From Candidatus Fermentithermobacillaceae bacterium (GTDB lineage: Bacteria > Bacillota > Sulfobacillia > Fermentithermobacillales > Fermentithermobacillaceae): a stretch of 64,000 nt of DNA. Shown piece after piece: positions 18,541 to 27,623 of this stretch. The first letter of the stretch is position 1, and every line of letters starts with the position of its first letter. The notes beneath the pieces were generated by a model. That model was not told the origin of the DNA and searched no databases. It saw nothing but the letters and a program-made list of their open reading frames with translations. The position numbers and the translations under genes are program-made. Location: assembly GCA_012842685.1 (NCBI GenBank), contig DUSI01000047.1:2059-66058 (forward strand), written 5' to 3'.

Positions 18541-18862
18541 CGCACATTCACCTCGCGTCATAGTTATGGCCCCTTCACCACAAGGGCGAAGGGGCCTCGT
18601 TCGCGGTACCACCTTGCTTCCGGTAGGGACGCACGGCGCTTGCTTTACATCCCCAGACGCTCAAACGACCATAAACCCGCATCCTTGGGGCCTATCCTAC
18701 CGGCACTCTCGGCCTTAACGCGGCCACGCGCACGGGCGTTTCCGCCCGCGTCCTCAGGGGCGACCTTCGGCAGTCTCTTCCCGCAGGGCTCCCACCATAT
18801 GCCCCGCTCTCTGAGGGAGAACCTCTGCCTACTCCTCCCCGTCATCGGATTTCCCTACTAGT
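18541..18862 (-). promoter_or_regulatory. T-box riboswitch leader of valS (probable GUC Val specifier; antiterminator AAGGUGGUACCGCG; terminator hairpin)
   Basis: The - strand carries the conserved T-box AAGGTGGTACCGCGA (UGGU bulge matching a discriminator A), an AGAGA K-turn motif, and a candidate specifier loop ...CCGAAGGUCGCC.... It ends in a GGCCCCTTC...GAAGGGGCC hairpin just before the valS RBS. Confidence 0.85.
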
Positions 18863-18869
18863 TGGCTGT

Positions 18870-18898
18870 ATTATAGCAAGGAGACCTCCCAGGGTAAA
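18870..18898 (-). promoter_or_regulatory. candidate promoter of the valS T-box leader (-35 TTTACC, 17 bp spacer, extended -10 TGCTATAAT)
   Basis: Read on the - strand: GCTTTACCctgggaggtctccttgcTATAAT. Confidence 0.55.
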
Positions 18899-18956
18899 GC
18901 AACCCTTAATCGTCCTTCTAGTACTTACGAAGGAAAAAGAGGGAGGCTTTTCCGTA

Positions 18957-20163
18957 GTGAGGATATTGCCAATCTACAGCGTACAGCCGGGAATGCGTCT
19001 GGGCCGGTCAGTGCTGGATCAAGATGGCCGGCTCATCGTAGCTGCAGGGGTTACGCTGACGAGGCGTCTCCTCACTTTGCTCGAAGAACAGGGCTATACC
19101 GCGGTGTACATAGCCGACGGCTTCGACGACGTTGAGCTCCCCGAAGTGGTGCGCCTCGAGACCAAACACGAGGTCATAAAGAGCATAAGACAGTTCGTCG
19201 AGTCCGAGGCCCTTTACGACAAGCGGCTGGCAATGTCGCTTACGTATAGAGGCGGACCTCCCGCCCCCAATATGGTCAGCAAGGCCAGATATGATGCGTG
19301 CCTGAGTATAGTCAGGGCGGCCGAGATGCTTGTCACCGACATTTTGTCCCAGACAGAAGTAATAATCGGCATGGTAGATATAAAATCCCTGCACGACTAC
19401 AGTTTTGCCCACGCGGTCAACGTCGCCCTGATATCCCTAGTAGTTGGCAGGATGATGGGGTATGGGAAGAGGGAACTCAGGGAACTCGGGATCGGAGCCC
19501 TCCTTCACGATATAGGCAAGACCGCCGTCTCGAGCTCCATTTGGCTAAAGCCCTAGGGCCTTACGAGAGAGGAGTTCGAAATAGTCAGGGATCACCCCGT
19601 GGAGGGATTTGAGATATTGAGGAAGACTTCCCTCGGCCTCCTTCCGGCCCACGTGGCTTACCAGCACCATGAGCGCTGGGACGGGAGCGGCTACCCCCGA
19701 GGTCTCCGCGGCGAAAACATCCTCGCTTACGCAAGGATCACGGCCGTGTGCGACGTATTTGACGCCATGACGTCCGACCGTCCCTACAAAGGCGAGGCAT
19801 CCCCTGGAAGCCCTCTCGTTCATCGTGCAAAACTCGGGCGTTTTCTTTGACCCGAAGGTAGTAGGCGCGTTTTCTCGGGTGGTGGCTCCTTTTCCCGTCG
19901 CCACAGGGGTAATACTCTCAACGAACGAGACCGCGGTGGTGAAGAGCCTCAACCCTCACGATCTGGAAAGGCCGGTAGTCGCGGTAACCAAAGACCCCGA
20001 TGGGAATTACTACCCCAGCCCCAGAACAATAGATCTCGTACTCCACCCCGAGATACAGATAGTAAGCTACGCCGAATGGTACACGGCTCCCAACATAGAC
20101 GAGATGTTGGCGATGAGCGGCATCCTCGCGGGACCTTCGGACAGGAAGATCTCCTCCGGCTAG
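18957..20163 (+). pseudogene. HD-GYP domain phosphodiesterase (c-di-GMP), disrupted by an in-frame TAG at 19554-19556 and a +/-1 frameshift near 19795-19805
   Basis: Three consecutive track ORFs (18957..19556, 19599..19850, 19825..20163) together encode one HD-GYP protein. Motifs: LLHDIGK, HHERWDGSGYPRGL, DRPYK. The first two ORFs are in the same frame, separated only by TAG (...IWLKP*GLTREEFEIVRDHP...). The third continues in another frame as PLEALSFIVQNSGVFFDPKVV. Confidence 0.65.
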
Positions 20164-20243
20164 CCCCCGGTCATATCACCCCATCTTGACAAGTATCCTT
20201 ATTTGGTGCTGGGTCTTGGTACGCGTTATCCGGGGGTGGTCCG

Positions 20244-21497
20244 GTGAGGCTTGGTCCGGAGGCTGTCTGCCGGGTGTTTCGAGAGAGACCCCGTGTCCTC
20301 CTGAGGGAGACTCTCGGCCATCTGAAAAAGGGCTTGGTTTTCCTCCTGGTGTGCTCCGGATTGGGGGTTGTATCGCTTCTTGCGCCATTTGGAGCCGCCC
20401 GGATGCACGGCGGGATGCCTGCAGGATTTGTCCGGCCGGTCTCCGGGGAAACCGGGTCCGCTCCGAGAACCACACCTCAGGAGGCAGCCTGCCGGATGCT
20501 TCAGGACCGTTTCCGCGTCCTTCTTGACGGCCAGGTGGAAAGCATCAGGGCTAACTACGACACCTCATCCGAGCCGGGCCTCTGGACACTGGAGAGGGAG
20601 GAAGCCCGGGTCAGGTACCTGAGCCAGTGGGCCGGTGAACGCGGCCTCAGCATCGTTGACGTCAAAGCGCGGATAGAGATCGACGGAGTATCGCCCGCGA
20701 ACTCGGGCGGCGTCTGGGTGGAGCTCACGGAGCACGCGCTGTACACGTATGCCCCCAAGCAGGGCGAATGGACTCACACCTTTGGCTCAAGGGCGGTGCA
20801 CGTCATGGAACTTGTGCTTTGCGGGGGCGAGTGGAAGATCCGGCGCGACTGGTACTCTGACCCGCTGGCCGGCGAACACGGACTAGAGCCATGTAAGTTC
20901 CCGGACGGTTGGGATGCCGGCAAGACCCGTGAGGACGGCAATCTCCATGCGTCCCAGGGGTCATTCTCGAACAAGGCGGGGCAATACGACAGGGAGGCTG
21001 CCCTGGAGTACGCCATAAGGTACGCGGGCGTGCCCGCCGTAGAGGGTTCGGGCAGGTATAACCCGGCATACAAGGTTTACACGTTCGCGGGCGGAGACTG
21101 TGCCAACTTCGCGTCTCAAGTGCTCCATGCAGGAGGTCTCAAACAGGGCTACGGGTGGCACTACACGTCGGAGGGGAGCGCCGCGTGGGTTAGAGGAGAA
21201 GACCTGGTCTGGCACCTTCTGTCTACCGGCAGGGCAGAGAGGATATACTCTGGGGATTTTTCGGGGGCAGTAGAACCGACCGCCGAATACCCATACGGGG
21301 CCGTCTCCGTTCTAGAACCCGGCGACCTCATCGCTTATGAAACCAAAGGCCAGATATGCCATGTCGCCGTGGTTGTAGGAAAAGACCCTGCCGGCTACGT
21401 CACAATAGCCAGCCATACGGCAGATAGGCTCTTTTTCCCCTGGGATGTGGGCTGGAACGACACAACCGTGTTTTGGCTCCTGAAGATCGTGTACTAG
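20244..21497 (+). CDS. putative amidase-domain (NlpC/P60-like, Amidase_6-type) protein with N-terminal TM segment
   Basis: C-terminal ...YNPAYKVYTFAGGDCANFASQVLHAGG...GDLIAYETKGQICHVAVVVG... is the putative-amidase-domain signature with a catalytic Cys. The start is uncertain (GTG at 20244 or ATG near 20400). Confidence 0.7.
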   Translation: MRLGPEAVCRVFRERPRVLLRETLGHLKKGLVFLLVCSGLGVVSLLAPFGAARMHGGMPAGFVRPVSGETGSAPRTTPQEAACRMLQDRFRVLLDGQVESIRANYDTSSEPGLWTLEREEARVRYLSQWAGERGLSIVDVKARIEIDGVSPANSGGVWVELTEHALYTYAPKQGEWTHTFGSRAVHVMELVLCGGEWKIRRDWYSDPLAGEHGLEPCKFPDGWDAGKTREDGNLHASQGSFSNKAGQYDREAALEYAIRYAGVPAVEGSGRYNPAYKVYTFAGGDCANFASQVLHAGGLKQGYGWHYTSEGSAAWVRGEDLVWHLLSTGRAERIYSGDFSGAVEPTAEYPYGAVSVLEPGDLIAYETKGQICHVAVVVGKDPAGYVTIASHTADRLFFPWDVGWNDTTVFWLLKIVY

Positions 21498-22759
21498 AGG
21501 TTGTCTGCCGTACTGTAGCGGTTCCCGCCGTCTACCTTGGCCAGGTACATCGCCTTGTCGGCCAAGCGTACCAGATCGCGCCCGCTCGTGGAGTGCTTGG
21601 GGAAGGAAGCCAGGCCGGCGCTTATTCCGAAATCCACCCTGACGCCTTGTACCTTCAGTGGGTTCTGCCCCAGATCCTCCAGGACCTTGTCCATCATCCC
21701 GGCGGCCCCAGAGAGATCCGTGCCGATGCATATCACTATGAACTCGTCTCCACCGTAGCGGATGACCTTGTCGCAGGACCGGGCGGCCGATTTTAGGATC
21801 TTCGCGAGGTGCTGGAGGACCATGTCGCCCACGTCGTGCCCCATCCGGTCGTTTACGCTCTTCAGGCCGTCTACGTCGATAAACACGATGGAACACGTAT
21901 CCTGTTCGGGAGACAGCTTCCCAAAATCGTTCTCCAGCCATCTTTCGAGGTAACGTACGTTCAGGAGGCCGGTAAGCGCGTCGGTGTTAGCTTCCTTCGA
22001 CTTGATCTCCAGCTCCTGCTCAAACTTGAGCTGGAGCCAGAGGACGAATATCGACGCGAACACGAAGATTATGCCCGCGAGGCCCATGTATGTGGCGAGA
22101 AGGACGCCTGCCATGTTTATGAGGTACGAGAGGGCGAATGTCTTCCGCCTCTGCGTAAACCACAGCCTGAGGAACACCTCGCGCCACTTGTGTTCCTGGT
22201 CAAGGGCCACGGCGGTCGAAACGAACGTGTAGTTGGCCAGCTCAAAAGTCAGGACTAAGAGGAACACAAGCATGAGCTGGTGTATCGGTAATCGCCCCGC
22301 TGGGGTGAGCCTGGCAATCCTGGCCCAGACGCTTGCCACGACGAGGCTCAAAGTAAACTGTGAGGCGTTGAAAATGGTGTTCAAAATGGCCTTTTTCTGC
22401 GTCACGAGCTGGGTCATCACGGCCGATACCAGGCTTATCACACTGAGCCGGGGGCCAAAGGTCCAGAGTGCCGCATAGACCACCGGATCTGCCAGAGCTA
22501 TGCTGTTGCCGTCGGGAAATCTCACGGACAGGTGCTGCCCTACTACGGCGAGGCCAAGGTACACGATGGTTGTCCATGTGTCCGGGAAGGCGCCCTGTTT
22601 GACGACATACAGGAACGCCCCGCACCCGGCGACGGAAACGGCTATCATATACCCGGCGATGGCCCGTATGTTCTTACCAGTGCCGTATATTTGTAACCAT
22701 CTGTTCAACCCTTGGCACCTCTCAGCCGGCGTAGTGCGCGCCCTCAAAAACCCGCCCAA
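21494..22759 (-). CDS. diguanylate cyclase (GGDEF) with N-terminal polytopic membrane sensor domain
   Basis: C-terminal LTGLLNVRYLE...RYGGDEFIVI... is an intact GGDEF active site. About 6 TM helices N-terminal. The start may be the internal ATG (MIAVSV..., near 22648). Confidence 0.85.
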   Translation of the reverse strand: MGGFLRARTTPAERCQGLNRWLQIYGTGKNIRAIAGYMIAVSVAGCGAFLYVVKQGAFPDTWTTIVYLGLAVVGQHLSVRFPDGNSIALADPVVYAALWTFGPRLSVISLVSAVMTQLVTQKKAILNTIFNASQFTLSLVVASVWARIARLTPAGRLPIHQLMLVFLLVLTFELANYTFVSTAVALDQEHKWREVFLRLWFTQRRKTFALSYLINMAGVLLATYMGLAGIIFVFASIFVLWLQLKFEQELEIKSKEANTDALTGLLNVRYLERWLENDFGKLSPEQDTCSIVFIDVDGLKSVNDRMGHDVGDMVLQHLAKILKSAARSCDKVIRYGGDEFIVICIGTDLSGAAGMMDKVLEDLGQNPLKVQGVRVDFGISAGLASFPKHSTSGRDLVRLADKAMYLAKVDGGNRYSTADNL

Positions 22760-22805
22760 TGATATATCGACTTCACGCTAGTCCGAATAAAGCCTCTATC
22801 TGCAT

Positions 22806-22832
22806 AAAAACAAAAACCGCTCTACGCGGTGC
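22806..22832 (-). terminator. rho-independent terminator of the tRNA operon (ACCGCGTAGAGCGGT hairpin + TTTTTGTTTTT on the - strand)
   Basis: Inverted repeat and T-run read on the - strand, directly downstream of tRNA-Glu. Confidence 0.7.
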
Positions 22833-22894
22833 GTCTTGATAGCGGAACGAGGGCGGCATTGCGCCTTCGGGAGCTGCCAGGGCCTTGAATGAGA

Positions 22895-22970
22895 TGGTGG
22901 CCCCAACGGGACTCGAACCCGTGTTACCGCCTTGAAAGGGCGGTGTCTTAGACCTCTTGACCATGGGGCC
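22895..22970 (-). tRNA. tRNA-Glu (anticodon TTC), CCA encoded
   Basis: Reverse complement GGCCCCATGGTCAAGAGGTCTAAGACACCGCCCTTTCAAGGCGGTAACACGGGTTCGAGTCCCGTTGGGGCCACCA folds as a cloverleaf with anticodon loop CTTTCAA. Confidence 0.9.
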
Positions 22971-22983
22971 ACTTCAACTAAAT

Positions 22984-23058
22984 TGGTGCGCCCGGGGTGC
23001 ATCGAACACCCGACCAATCGGTTATGAGCCGACCGCTCTGCCACTGAGCTACGGGCGC
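22984..23058 (-). tRNA. tRNA-Met (anticodon CAT; elongator-type, could alternatively be lysidine tRNA-Ile2), CCA encoded
   Basis: Reverse complement GCGCCCGTAGCTCAGTGGCAGAGCGGTCGGCTCATAACCGATTGGTCGGGTGTTCGATGCACCCCGGGCGCACCA. G1-C72 pair present, so it is not an initiator. Confidence 0.85.
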
Positions 23059-23066
23059 ACACATTT

Positions 23067-23141
23067 TGGCTCCCCGAGTAGGATTCGAACCTACAACCCT
23101 CCGGTTAACAGCCGGATGCTCTACCGTTGAGCTATCGAGGA
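23067..23141 (-). tRNA. tRNA-Asn (anticodon GTT), CCA encoded
   Basis: Reverse complement TCCTCGATAGCTCAACGGTAGAGCATCCGGCTGTTAACCGGAGGGTTGTAGGTTCGAATCCTACTCGGGGAGCCA. Anticodon loop CTGTTAA. Confidence 0.9.
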
Positions 23142-23153
23142 GCGGCACGTCTT

Positions 23154-23183
23154 AATATACCCACATCGCTTTGTCTTTGTCAA
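23154..23183 (-). promoter_or_regulatory. sigma-A promoter of the tRNA-Asn/Met/Glu operon (-35 TTGACA, 18 bp spacer, -10 TATATT) about 10 nt upstream of tRNA-Asn
   Basis: Read on the - strand: TTGACAaagacaaagcgatgtgggTATATT. Confidence 0.7.
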
Positions 23184-23299
23184 GTATTTTGGGCAGTTCA
23201 AGTCATTGTACCGGAGCACAGGCGCGATGGCTCTGCATACATTCCCACTTCCGGGGATAACCTCTCTTTGAGTCTATAGGGCTCGTCTGGAGGTGAGAA

Positions 23300-23644
23300 A
23301 TGGTGCGTGGTAACTCGTGGATAGGCGCCGTGGTGAGGTTCATAGTCTCGGCGATCGTGCTCATGGTGATGGGCCTGGTTCTCCCGGGATTTCGTCTATT
23401 CGGCTTTGTAAATGCGCTAATAGCTGCTGTAGTGATCGCCGCCCTGGGATGGGCAATCGAGGCCATCCTCGGAGAACGGGTTTCACCGCAGTCCAGGGGA
23501 CTTATCGGCTTCATCGTGGCGGCCGTCGTGATCTACGTCGCCCAGTTTGTTGTGCCGGGCATGTCCGTCACGATCCTGGGAGCGCTCCTTGCATCGCTGG
23601 TAGTGGGCATCATAGACGCTTTCGTGCCCACGGTGATACGGTAG
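23300..23644 (+). CDS. small polytopic membrane protein, phage-holin-4-2-like family
   Basis: 114 aa, 3-4 TM helices, WIGAVVRFIVSAIVLMVMGLVLPGF...FVNALIAAVVIAALGW pattern. Confidence 0.55.
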   Translation: MVRGNSWIGAVVRFIVSAIVLMVMGLVLPGFRLFGFVNALIAAVVIAALGWAIEAILGERVSPQSRGLIGFIVAAVVIYVAQFVVPGMSVTILGALLASLVVGIIDAFVPTVIR

Positions 23645-23741
23645 CGGTACCCTTGTAAACAAAAGGTGTAGCGATAAGCAGCCGGGCCGGCTTCTCGGGC
23701 GAATTATCCTCCCCCGAGTTTCATATCCAAGGAACTAGGGG

Positions 23742-24860
23742 GTGAGGAGGGTTAGCTCCGTCGAGAAGCGCAAGGTCCGGCTGCTTGTCGCACAAGGACT
23801 ATCAATCATACTGCTCCTCGCTTTTTCTCTATCGGTAAAGGTAAGTCCGGCCGTCCCGGCGCTGAGCGGCCCCGCCGCGGAAGTGGATCAGGACCTCAGG
23901 ACGCTCTCGGTCTTTGATTTTCTGTGGAAGAAGGACAGCCTCGCCAAAGAAGTGCTGAGGCTCGCGTTCCCCATGCTGAGGTACGCCGAGGAAGGCAGGC
24001 ACGATGGCCATGAGGCGCCTATACTCTTCAGGGTGGCCGGGTATTTCCTGGGCTTCATCCCGCAGTCAGCGAAGGACCTGGCTTTTGGGGGATTTCCAGG
24101 ATTTCTCCTGGAGAGCGAGGCGCTCGAGGCTTCAGTAACCCTCTACGACCCCAGGAAACTGGAAGACGACTGGGGGTATACCCCCGTCATGTTCTCCCTC
24201 CCACCGGGCGAGGCGCCTCCCACAGCCGCACTTCTGTCGGGCGGTCCTCTGGTGGCCATCTACCATACCCACGCGACAGAGTCGTACCTGCCCGAGATCG
24301 GGAAGACCCAAGCGACTGAGGCCTTTTCTTCCAATATGTCCAAGACGGTGATGCGCGTGGGCGATCTTCTAGCCCAAGAGCTCGAGACCCGCTACCGGAT
24401 CCCGGTCCTCCACTCCAGGACTGTCCACGATGCCGAGACAAGAGTGGGTGCGTACTACAGGTCGGAGCAGACGGTAAGAGCGATCCTTGACAAGTACCCT
24501 TCTTGCACCTACCTCATAGATCTCCACCGGGACAGCCAGCCGCGGAGCATAACCGCCGTGACGATCAGAGGCAAGCCTTACGCAAGGGTCCTCTTCGTGG
24601 TAGGGACGGACAATCCGAACTGGGTGAAAAACTACGAGTTCAGCCGCAAACTCAGTGAGAAGCTGGAAGAAGCCTATCCGGGGATATCCAGGGGCGTCTT
24701 CTATGAGTCGGCGGTCTACAACCAGAAGTACAGCCCCAATGCCATCCTGGTAGAATGCGGTGGGGTCGGCAACACCATGGAAGAGTGCGAAAACACCGTA
24801 AAGGCGCTGGCTTGGGCGCTCGCGTCCCTGATCCTGCCTGCGGCCCCCGATGCTCCCTAG
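23742..24860 (+). CDS. spoIIP: stage II sporulation protein P (SpoIIP, engulfment amidase/endopeptidase)
   Basis: N-terminal TM; conserved VAIYHTHATESY...DLHRD... SpoIIP signature. Confidence 0.85.
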   Translation: MRRVSSVEKRKVRLLVAQGLSIILLLAFSLSVKVSPAVPALSGPAAEVDQDLRTLSVFDFLWKKDSLAKEVLRLAFPMLRYAEEGRHDGHEAPILFRVAGYFLGFIPQSAKDLAFGGFPGFLLESEALEASVTLYDPRKLEDDWGYTPVMFSLPPGEAPPTAALLSGGPLVAIYHTHATESYLPEIGKTQATEAFSSNMSKTVMRVGDLLAQELETRYRIPVLHSRTVHDAETRVGAYYRSEQTVRAILDKYPSCTYLIDLHRDSQPRSITAVTIRGKPYARVLFVVGTDNPNWVKNYEFSRKLSEKLEEAYPGISRGVFYESAVYNQKYSPNAILVECGGVGNTMEECENTVKALAWALASLILPAAPDAP

Positions 24861-24874
24861 CGGGCTACGCCTGA

Positions 24875-24940
24875 TTGACACTTCTCCTTGTCCGGTGCTA
24901 TTTTTCATCTAGGTTAGCACTCTCGGGAGCAGAGTGCTAA
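24875..24940 (+). promoter_or_regulatory. hrcA operon control region: -35 TTGACA (24875-24880), weak -10, and a perfect CIRCE TTAGCACTC-N9-GAGTGCTAA (24914-24940)
   Basis: Second perfect CIRCE in the window, followed by AGGAGG and the GTG of hrcA. Confidence 0.9.
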
Positions 24941-24957
24941 AGGAGGGGAGGCGGGAC

Positions 24958-25977
24958 GTGACTCTCGACGAAAGAAAGGCTCGCGTTTTGCGAGCAGTCG
25001 TAGAGGAGTACATCGAGACCGGCATGCCGGTGGGCTCGCGAGTGATCGCCAAACGGTACCGGTTGGGAGTAAGCCCCGCGACCATCAGAAACGAAATGGC
25101 CGACCTCGAAGATACAGGCTATCTCGATAAGCCCCACACTTCTTCAGGACGCGTCCCTTCCGACAGGGGATACCGGTTCTACGTTGACGAACTCATGCCC
25201 AAGAAAAAGCTCACCGCCGACGAATCCAGGGCTATCGAATCCTTGTTCCGGACAAAGATGCGAGACGTCGTCTCTTTTCTCCGGGAAGTCGTGAGGGTGG
25301 TGTCTGAGACTTCCCATTACCTCGGGTTCGTGCTGGGACCCGACTGCGAGTCCGTGACGTTCAGGAGCATCCATATCCTCCCCGCGTCTTCAGAGAAAGC
25401 CCTGCTCGTGCTCATAACCGATATAGGCTTCGTGGAGACGTGCCTCATAGAGAGCGATGTCCCCAGCGAGGAACTCGCCGGGATTTCCGAGATGCTCTCC
25501 CGAAACCTTACCGGAGTGACCATGGACCGGGTTGCCGACAAGGCGTACAGCCTACTGAAGGAAGAAACGTCCAGGTACGCCATGATCGTAGACCAGGTCG
25601 TAGAGTTTTTGCGGAGCGTCACGATGTCGGAAGGCGAGAGGCTCTATGTGGGAAGCCCGGTGAACCTCTTGAACCTACCCGAGTTTAGGGATGTGGAACG
25701 GCTCAAGGGAGTCATGGCGGCCATCGAGTCAAACGGCATCCTCAAAGCCATCCTCACGAGGTCCCACGACGAGACCAGTCCGACCATCCGGATAGGAGTC
25801 GAGAACGAGGACGAGTCGATAAGGGATATTTCCATGGTCTACGGGACGTTCAGCGCTGGGTCCACCGAAGGAAAGGTCGGCATCTTGGGACCCAAGCGGA
25901 TGGACTACTCCAAGGCCGTTGCCATAGTCAGCATGCTTGAAGACAGGCTCTCCGGCTATTTCGCCAGGAACAGGTAG
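24958..25977 (+). CDS. hrcA: heat-inducible transcription repressor HrcA
   Basis: (V)TLDERKARVLRAVVEEYIETGMPVGSRVIAKRY... is the canonical HrcA N-terminus. GTG at 24958 lies 11 nt after AGGAGG. The track start (24934) lies inside CIRCE. Confidence 0.9.
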   Translation: MTLDERKARVLRAVVEEYIETGMPVGSRVIAKRYRLGVSPATIRNEMADLEDTGYLDKPHTSSGRVPSDRGYRFYVDELMPKKKLTADESRAIESLFRTKMRDVVSFLREVVRVVSETSHYLGFVLGPDCESVTFRSIHILPASSEKALLVLITDIGFVETCLIESDVPSEELAGISEMLSRNLTGVTMDRVADKAYSLLKEETSRYAMIVDQVVEFLRSVTMSEGERLYVGSPVNLLNLPEFRDVERLKGVMAAIESNGILKAILTRSHDETSPTIRIGVENEDESIRDISMVYGTFSAGSTEGKVGILGPKRMDYSKAVAIVSMLEDRLSGYFARNR

Positions 25978-26039
25978 GCCGGAAAGCGCCGGGTGACCAA
26001 GGCCCCGGACCCGATACTCGAAGTACTTAGGAGGGACTC

Positions 26040-27623
26040 ATGTTGACTCTAAAGGGCCACGCGGCAGAAGCTTCCGAGATCAACGAGAAACTCGCGGCAC
26101 TCCTCACCAACGCTAACGCGGTGCGGGCCATCGCCTCGGCGGTTGAGGGTACGATCGGGCCCAAAGGCCTCGATACCCTTCTGGTCGACCGGTTCGGCGA
26201 GGTCGTCATAACCAACGACGGGATGACCATCCTCACCAAGATGGATGTGAACCATCCCGCGGCCAAGATGGTCATCAACACCGCCAAAGCCCAGGAAGAC
26301 GAAGTCGGTGACGGCACCACGACGGCCACCATCATGGCCGGCGCCCTTCTCACGGAAGGGGTGAACCAGGCGGCGCGCGGCGTGCCGGTGACCCGGATCA
26401 TCGACGGCGTGCGCCAGGGGATCCAGAAGGCAATTGAGATCGTGTCCGAAAGGGCGATCAAGATAAACGACGTGGATGACCCCATGCTTTACCAGGTCGC
26501 CCTGGTGGCAGGCCGGGACAACAGGGACATAGCGGAACTCGTGGTCAAGGCGGCCAAAATGGTCGGCAAGGAGAAACTCCTCGACCCGCGCTTTAAGCTT
26601 TCCGAGACCATCGTGGCCAAGGAAGGCGCGGAAAACGAGGTTTTCGCAGGGATAATCATTGACAAGAAGCGCCTCAATGAGGAGATGCCCGAATCCCTGG
26701 ATGAACCCAAGATCCTGGTGGTCGACGACGCCCTCGAACCCGAAGAGGTAGAGGAAGAAGCCCTCTCCACCGAAGTGGGATTCCAGAGGTACCTTGAACT
26801 CCAGGAAGAGTTCAAGGCCAACCTGGACAAAGTGGTAAAGATGGGCGTGCGGTTTATAGTTGTCGACAAGGGGATCTCCGATATCGCCGAAGAGATGCTG
26901 ACCGACGCCGGAGTGATGGTGGTCACCAGGGTGTCTTCCGGTGAGCTCCGCAAGGTTTGCGAGCACACGGGCGCCCGCGCCATAAAGAGGACCGGGCTAA
27001 AGAAGTCGCCCGAGGAGCTTGCCAAGTACCTGGGCGGGGCTGAGAAGGTCTACGAGGACCAGAAGCTCGAGAACGTAAGGATACTGGGCGGAAATGGGAA
27101 GCCCATGGCGACCATCCTGGTGGGCGCGACTACGGGGGAAGTGAGAGGCGAAAGGGAGCGTATCTGCACCGACGCGGCGTCATCGGTCCAGGCTGCCATA
27201 AAAGGCGGCGTAGTGCCGGGAGGCGGCGCCATCGAGCTGGCGTGCGCCCGAGAAGTAGAAAAGATGCGGCTCGGCCAGAAGGGCATGCAGGCCTACGGCC
27301 TTCTCTGCGTAGTTGAGGCTCTGAAGCGGCCGCTGGCACAGATCGTTGCCAACGCGGGGTTTAACCCCCTTGAGAAAGTCGGCGACGCCATGGCGAAGCA
27401 GACAGAAGAAAACAGCGACCGGCTGGCCGTCGATTGCGACACCGGAGAGATAGTGGACATGGTGGATATAGGTGTCATAGACCCGGCGCCGGTCAAGACC
27501 CATGCCCTCAAGGCCGCCATGGAGATCGCTTGCGCGATTCTCAGGATCGACACCATCATCAAGAAGAAAGAGGAAGGACCAGAACCTTCCCAGGGTGACT
27601 CGGCGGAGGATATGGACTTTTGA
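26040..27623 (+). CDS. archaeal-type (group II / 'group III') chaperonin, thermosome/CCT family, encoded inside the hrcA-dnaJ operon
   Basis: 527 aa. [65 protein letters not shown] and ...[11 protein letters not shown]... match thermosome/TCP-1 signatures, not GroEL. No GGM tail. AGGAGGG RBS 5 nt before the ATG. Confidence 0.9.
   Translation: MLTLKGHAAEASEINEKLAALLTNANAVRAIASAVEGTIGPKGLDTLLVDRFGEVVITNDGMTILTKMDVNHPAAKMVINTAKAQEDEVGDGTTTATIMAGALLTEGVNQAARGVPVTRIIDGVRQGIQKAIEIVSERAIKINDVDDPMLYQVALVAGRDNRDIAELVVKAAKMVGKEKLLDPRFKLSETIVAKEGAENEVFAGIIIDKKRLNEEMPESLDEPKILVVDDALEPEEVEEEALSTEVGFQRYLELQEEFKANLDKVVKMGVRFIVVDKGISDIAEEMLTDAGVMVVTRVSSGELRKVCEHTGARAIKRTGLKKSPEELAKYLGGAEKVYEDQKLENVRILGGNGKPMATILVGATTGEVRGERERICTDAASSVQAAIKGGVVPGGGAIELACAREVEKMRLGQKGMQAYGLLCVVEALKRPLAQIVANAGFNPLEKVGDAMAKQTEENSDRLAVDCDTGEIVDMVDIGVIDPAPVKTHALKAAMEIACAILRIDTIIKKKEEGPEPSQGDSAEDMDF

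Noticed and set aside
18645-18845. 66 aa - strand ORF upstream of valS
   Set aside because: Lies within the T-box leader RNA.
19554-19556. In-frame TAG in HD-GYP as programmed read-through or pyrrolysine
   Set aside because: TAG is used as an ordinary stop by several genes in this window (groES, comEC, vanW, dnaG). The same gene also carries a frameshift. Pseudogene or sequencing error is more parsimonious.
22773-23062. Two - strand ORFs (63 and 88 aa)
   Set aside because: They overlap the three tRNA genes. tRNA cloverleafs explain the sequence.
26049-26966. 305 aa - strand ORF inside the archaeal-type chaperonin gene
   Set aside because: Antisense shadow ORF, H/D/G-rich. The + strand protein has clear thermosome motifs.
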